Shown one piece after another: positions 15,154-20,000 of a DNA stretch of 20,000 nucleotides; position 1 is the first letter of the stretch, and each line of letters starts with the position of its first letter. The DNA lies in IMG/VR virus record IMGVR_UViG_3300022555_000012. The stretch is one strand, 5' to 3'. The DNA comes from an uncultured virus (IMG/VR IMGVR_UViG_3300022555_000012). Taxonomy: Duplodnaviria; Heunggongvirae; Uroviricota; Caudoviricetes. Below the pieces are notes generated by a model. The model had not been told where the DNA came from, made no database searches, and saw only the letters and a program-made list of their open reading frames with translations. The translations under genes were made by a program, and so were the position numbers.

Positions 15154-16419
15154 TTACCCTGCAACATCAGCACTTTGGAAAGTTATCTCGACCTGAAGAT
15201 ATCTACCATTAACACCCGTCAGTGGAGATTCAATGTTTACCTCAACCCAACTTGGAGAAACGTCTCCCTGATTGAAGGTTGAGGCAGATGCCCTAATCCT
15301 GACTGTTTGGTGATTAGGACGAATATCCGATGTGGTATAGTCCAGCATGGCAGTTGGCCAAGTTTGTTGAGATGCCAGTGATATTTTAGTGTTGGATAGA
15401 GCAGAACCAAGGTCATAGACCGGTGAGACGATCACTCCAGATGATCCCGATGTTAATTCAAAAGCTCCATCTGTTCCATTCTTCGTGATGTGTCCATCAG
15501 CATTATACCATCCTGAATTATCTGCCGAACCTGTTATGATCCACTTCCCGTCAGAATTGGCAGAAGCTCCTTTAGTCATGGATGAGTAAGGATAAGCCCC
15601 ATAAGTCCCAATAGAACTCAGATACCAAACTCCATTGGCAGGATCAACCAAACTTGGATTGGCTGAGTAACCTTGCAACTCAGAACCGATAGCCTGAACT
15701 GCCGCCAAGGTTGTGTAATTAGTAGCATTTACGGTTAAGAGGTTAGTAGTTGTGTAGTAAATATTGAAATTTAAGTTGGTTGTTACACCTGACTGTATTC
15801 TAACTGACGTGGTACAAGTATGAAATATATTATAGAAAGCGGTAGCGGTTGTTCCACCAGAACAAAAAATACCATAGCCACAATTATAGAAGGTGTTGCT
15901 AACAAATGTTTGTTGATAGTTACCAGAGTTGTAATATCCATAACCAGAACAACCAGAAAACACACAGTTCTGAACAGTCGCTGCAACGCTACTGCAAGAT
16001 ATTCCTACTGTATTATTTACATTACCATAGATTTCACAGTTTGAAATGTTCGTGGTTGAACCAGTGCCGCTTAGATTTATTGTTCCTAAAGTAGAACTTG
16101 AAACATTGTAATTCTTAAAGACAAACTTGCCGCCAGTCGTATATGCTGCGATGTTAATAGTTTGATACGCAGCCATACCAGTAATAGCACAACCAGTTCC
16201 AGCCAAACCTGTGCCATCTAATAAAACAACCCCATCAGAGTATAGATTAAATCCATTGTTCGTATTTGTTATCCTTTCATTATAACTTCCACTACCAACG
16301 ATTAAAGTGTCTCCATTAGCTGTCAACGCCAAACCCGCCGCAATAGTTAATTTCGCTAATGTTGGTGTTGTTCCATTATTTGCGTTTGAACCTGACTTGT
16401 TCACATAATATGTCGCCAC
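15154..16419 (-). CDS. Right-handed beta-helix (pectin-lyase-like) virion protein / possible depolymerase
   Basis: N-terminal TYYV...GSNANNGT...TIAAG...GDTLIVGSGSYNE and Asn/Cys-rich parallel beta-helix repeats (NCEIYGN, NCVFSGC, NTFYNC, NIFHTC). Confidence 0.75.
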   Translation of the reverse strand: MATYYVNKSGSNANNGTTPTLAKLTIAAGLALTANGDTLIVGSGSYNERITNTNNGFNLYSDGVVLLDGTGLAGTGCAITGMAAYQTINIAAYTTGGKFVFKNYNVSSSTLGTINLSGTGSTTNISNCEIYGNVNNTVGISCSSVAATVQNCVFSGCSGYGYYNSGNYQQTFVSNTFYNCGYGIFCSGGTTATAFYNIFHTCTTSVRIQSGVTTNLNFNIYYTTTNLLTVNATNYTTLAAVQAIGSELQGYSANPSLVDPANGVWYLSSIGTYGAYPYSSMTKGASANSDGKWIITGSADNSGWYNADGHITKNGTDGAFELTSGSSGVIVSPVYDLGSALSNTKISLASQQTWPTAMLDYTTSDIRPNHQTVRIRASASTFNQGDVSPSWVEVNIESPLTGVNGRYLQVEITFQSADVAG

Positions 16420-16428
16420 AAATCCCCC

Positions 16429-19400
16429 TTAAGTTAGTATCCCCAAATTTTTCAAAACCCTCACAACTTGTTGAATGGTATAGCCGTCAATCGTGTCGGT
16501 TGATGTCAATGTTGTTCCACCATTTGAAACCAATGTTCCAGATGCGAAAGCTGTTGTCGGTCTTGCAATAGGTGTCGCCCCAAACAATCCCAATCCCCTA
16601 ATACTGGGATCTGTCTTGATAATCCAAGAAACATTGTCATTCACAATCAAGGCGTCTGTCGCCCCATTTCCCAAAGCAGAATTTATGATCAGCCCCTTAT
16701 TAAGATTTGACTGTCCTATGCCCTGTCCTATCGTTACGGCCCCATTGATCGTCAGAGTCTGGTTAGCTGGTGTTGAATTGAAGACACCATAGATCAATGC
16801 ATTGGTAGCCTCAAGAGCCGCAGAGGTCCTGTCCTGATTATCTATAATTAATAAATTTGAATTTGTTGTTTGATTATAACCCGCTGAATATCCTATCATT
16901 ACGTTAGTAGAGCCTGATGTTAATTTACTACCGGTATATGCTCCTATGCAGGTTACTCGTCCTGTTCCACCAAGTAAAGTGTTACCAGCTTGATGTCCAA
17001 ATAGTGAATTATTAGAAGTAGTTGCAATACTTATTCCAGCGTTATCCCCAAAAATAGTATTTTGTGTTCCTGATGTAATTCCCTTACCAGCATTTTCTCC
17101 CATTACAGTATTAAAATTACCAGTTAAAGCTGTTGGTGGTCCGCTTAATACACCCGCAATCCATATATTACTTGTTCCAGTAGAATTTCCTATTTTTAAA
17201 TAACCATTAGAATCCTGAGATAATCTTACCGTTGATCCATCACTTGCTAATACTTGAAATACATCGTTTGTTTGAGTTGCATTTTGGATAATCTTTGTTT
17301 GAACAATATCGCTTGAACCAGTAATGTTTAGTTTGCCTGTTCCCGCTGTTCCAATTGAAACTAAACCACTACTGTCAATTCTCATTCTTTCACCCATAAT
17401 AGAGCTGGAATTTCTGGTAAAAAATCCTAAATTTGATTGACCAGTAGCATGTGCTATCGTTTGTTGGGCGATTCCAGAACCAGCACTATGATCGGCGTTT
17501 ACAAATGTTAAACCGACCCAACAATTATTAGTTGTATTGGCATTTTCAATAGATAATCCAGTATTATTAATAGCTCCACTGAATGCTGCATTATTATCAT
17601 TTAATAATAAATTAAGTAATAAATTGGGAGAACTTGTTCCAATACCTACATTACCATTAGTATCAATTCGCATTTTTTCTGTTCTTCCTGCGTTATTAAC
17701 ACCTGTTGAAAATATTAAAGTTTGGTTCAAGTCAATTCTTGAGCCATTGGAAACATAATCGTGAATACTTGATATTGCCAAGAAACCTGTCACTTCAGCA
17801 TTACCAACAACATCCAATAATAAAGCAGGGCTAGCTGTTCCTATTCCTATTCTTCCGTTAGTCGAGTCAACTGTCAGAATATTAGTCGTGCCATCAGCTT
17901 TGTTTATTTTTAAAGCTGTGGTTGAGTCAACAGTAGGCCTGATATATGCACCACCCTTAAGGCTCAAATTACCAGAATTGTCTATGGTAGAAGTGATCGT
18001 AGTCCCATCACTGGCATAGATAGCAAAAGGAGAAGTTGTCTGGGTTGCATTAGCTAATATCTTAAACTGCACAGCATCACTTGAACCTGTAATAGTATTA
18101 GGTAAAGTCCAAGCCATAGATGTTCCAGAAAGAACTCCTTTTGAAGCACCTAATATATTAAAATTATGAGATAATCCCTCATAAGTGTTCTTACTTCCAT
18201 AAGTGGTTGCATAATTACCGAACTGGATTCTGCTTGTTTCACCTGTCAAAACCGAATCAACAACATTAACAATAGCTATTTCATTGGTTGTTCCTGCCAA
18301 TGGGACAAATCCTGTAACCCATCCAAGTGCATTATTAAGGGTCAAGTTGCTTCCCGCAAATGCTGTCGCTGTTGTTCCTGTTCCATCATTCAAATGGTAT
18401 CCTGCCAGCAACCCGCTATTCCAAGGGGCATTGGAGATATTACCAATCAATCCTGCACCACCATTATAAAGGGTTGTTATTTCCCCCGTTGATAATGCCC
18501 TGTTGAAAATCAATGGTTCGTCAATAACACAATTTTGTTGAAAGGTTGATCCATCGTTTCTTTTAAAAATAGCCAAATTAGTTGCAGTAACAGGTGCTAA
18601 ACCAGAAGCGGCAGTTACGCTTCCTTGACTAATCCCGTTAACATATAAAGTTGAGTTATTTGTTCCTGTTCCGCTACGAACAACTGTTATGAAATTCCAG
18701 CTTCCGTTTGTTGGTATACTATATCCAGAAAATGTTTGCCTGTCAGTATTTACCCGAATCATGTATTGATTACCACTAGATGCCCATATAGCATATCCAT
18801 TTAATCCGAATGTTAAATCTCCTATCTCAATCAATGGGGACTGATTGCCTGTCGCTCCTGTGCAGTTCAACCAGAAAGATATAGAGAAATCACCAGTGTT
18901 AGCTGTAACTGTACCTGTTGCATAATATGCTAACGCACCTGATTGCAAAGCATAACTCGCCCCACCCTGTTGATAGCTTTTATTGTAAAGATAAAATGCA
19001 TTGCCCGTTGAACTTCTCACCAACCTTGAATAATTTGTTGCTTCATCAGTCAATCTGAATTCAGGAGTTGTTTTTGTGACATTGAGATTACCAGTAAAAG
19101 GTTGGTTAGTTCCGTCAAGTTTGGCGAATATAGATGTATCCGCACCCATCCCTTGAGAACCCTGAAAACCCTGAGTGCCGCTTCCAGTGATACCTTGATT
19201 ACCCTGATTACCTTGTGCCCCACTCCCTACCGCACCCTGCCATCCTTGAGCACCCTGATTGCCTTGTGAACCCGAAGAACCGACATTACCTTGAAATCCT
19301 TGATTACCTTGGGAGCCCTGATTGCCCTGAGATCCAGATGAACCCACATTCCCTTGAGGCCCTTGTAATCCCTGATTACCATTAGCTCCTACATCACCTT

Positions 19401-20000
19401 GAGCCCCGGAAGAACCTGTCGATCCCTGATTCCCTTGGTTCCCTTGAAATCCCTGTGAGCCATCTAAACCAATGTATCCAGCGTTTCCTTGGAATCCTTG
19501 ATTACCCTGGTTTCCCTGATTTCCTTGATTTCCTTGATTTCCTTGATTACCCTGAGAACCGTCTAAACCAATATATCCGGCATCACCTTGAAATCCTTGA
19601 AATCCCTGCGAGCCCTGATTCCCTTGAAATCCCTGCGAGCCGATCAAACCCTGATTGCCTTGATTGCCTTGATAACCTTGATAACCCTGATAACCCTGAT
19701 ATCCCTGAAGACCGACATTACCCTGTGGTCCTTGATTACCTTGAAACCCTTGATTGCCATCAACTCCTATACTCCCCTGCCATCCTTGGGCACCCTGGCC
19801 TCCTTGGAGCCCTTGGTTCCCTTGGAACCCTTGACTACCTTGGTTTCCCTGATTGCCTTGAAAACCTTGGTTACCTTGACTACCAGAAGCTCCAACAAGT
19901 CCTTGGAGCCCTTGGAATCCCTGATTACCCTGTAAGCCGATATTACCCTGATTACCCTGAGAACCAGAATTACCTTGATGACCTGTAACTCCCTGGAATC
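16429..20000 (-). CDS. Tail-fibre/adhesin-like protein with collagen-like, LamG and fibre repeats; starts beyond the window
   Basis: Manual translation shows the frame stays open from 19647 to the window edge as G-X-Q triplets. LamG motifs (FSISFW...WNFITVV...LYVNG...IDE..IFNRALS), RIDxxGNVGIGT fibre repeats and N..xG..AG adhesin-like repeats. Confidence 0.85.
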   Translation of the reverse strand, partial: FQGVTGHQGNSGSQGNQGNIGLQGNQGFQGLQGLVGASGSQGNQGFQGNQGNQGSQGFQGNQGLQGGQGAQGWQGSIGVDGNQGFQGNQGPQGNVGLQGYQGYQGYQGYQGNQGNQGLIGSQGFQGNQGSQGFQGFQGDAGYIGLDGSQGNQGNQGNQGNQGNQGNQGFQGNAGYIGLDGSQGFQGNQGNQGSTGSSGAQGDVGANGNQGLQGPQGNVGSSGSQGNQGSQGNQGFQGNVGSSGSQGNQGAQGWQGAVGSGAQGNQGNQGITGSGTQGFQGSQGMGADTSIFAKLDGTNQPFTGNLNVTKTTPEFRLTDEATNYSRLVRSSTGNAFYLYNKSYQQGGASYALQSGALAYYATGTVTANTGDFSISFWLNCTGATGNQSPLIEIGDLTFGLNGYAIWASSGNQYMIRVNTDRQTFSGYSIPTNGSWNFITVVRSGTGTNNSTLYVNGISQGSVTAASGLAPVTATNLAIFKRNDGSTFQQNCVIDEPLIFNRALSTGEITTLYNGGAGLIGNISNAPWNSGLLAGYHLNDGTGTTATAFAGSNLTLNNALGWVTGFVPLAGTTNEIAIVNVVDSVLTGETSRIQFGNYATTYGSKNTYEGLSHNFNILGASKGVLSGTSMAWTLPNTITGSSDAVQFKILANATQTTSPFAIYASDGTTITSTIDNSGNLSLKGGAYIRPTVDSTTALKINKADGTTNILTVDSTNGRIGIGTASPALLLDVVGNAEVTGFLAISSIHDYVSNGSRIDLNQTLIFSTGVNNAGRTEKMRIDTNGNVGIGTSSPNLLLNLLLNDNNAAFSGAINNTGLSIENANTTNNCWVGLTFVNADHSAGSGIAQQTIAHATGQSNLGFFTRNSSSIMGERMRIDSSGLVSIGTAGTGKLNITGSSDIVQTKIIQNATQTNDVFQVLASDGSTVRLSQDSNGYLKIGNSTGTSNIWIAGVLSGPPTALTGNFNTVMGENAGKGITSGTQNTIFGDNAGISIATTSNNSLFGHQAGNTLLGGTGRVTCIGAYTGSKLTSGSTNVMIGYSAGYNQTTNSNLLIIDNQDRTSAALEATNALIYGVFNSTPANQTLTINGAVTIGQGIGQSNLNKGLIINSALGNGATDALIVNDNVSWIIKTDPSIRGLGLFGATPIARPTTAFASGTLVSNGGTTLTSTDTIDGYTIQQVVRVLKNLGILT
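19148..20000 (-). repeat. Collagen-like Gly-X-Y (mostly Gly-X-Gln) coding repeat with a 9-nt period
   Basis: Continuous GNQ/GFQ/GSQ/GYQ triplets, with the GYIGLDGSQG block duplicated. Confidence 0.93.

Noticed and set aside
199..19988. Plus-strand ORFs and alternate-frame minus ORFs in the track (e.g. 4883-5443, 5308-5889, 8656-9189, 19455-19988, 96-305)
   Set aside because: They are shadows of well-supported minus-strand genes and carry no recognisable motifs.
19148..20000. CRISPR array or non-coding tandem repeat
   Set aside because: The 9-nt periodicity is explained by Gly-X-Gln codons in an open frame. There are no constant repeats with unique spacers.

Overview
Fragment of a large dsDNA phage genome, or a prophage-like element, with every credible gene on the minus strand. 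The right part (13.8-20 kb) is the end of a virion module: a 5'-truncated collagen/LamG tail fibre, a beta-helix protein, small accessory proteins and a BppU-like protein. The left part (1-13.8 kb) is a replication, recombination and transcription module. It encodes a SNF2 ATPase with a Gly-initiated class-3-like LAGLIDADG intein, DnaB, a YhaM-like OB-HD protein with a degenerate active site, DnaG, a sigma-70-family factor, a Cys4 protein, a Ski2/Hel308-like helicase split into two ORFs, a UvsY-like protein, a gp32-like SSB and a probable RecA/UvsX start. Four signals stand out. (1) The Hel308-like helicase is cut exactly between motifs V and VI by a 265-nt insert carrying an 82-aa ORF. (2) An A9/A-AAA-AAG slippery site at the SSB stop codon would add a Cys4 domain by -1 frameshift. 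(3) The same CFG-x6-PEC-x2-C-x5-C module occurs in the gene coupled to the sigma factor. (4) A ~160-nt structured element closed by a perfect 15-bp inverted repeat lies directly upstream of the primase. All family assignments come from motif recognition by eye, not database searches.
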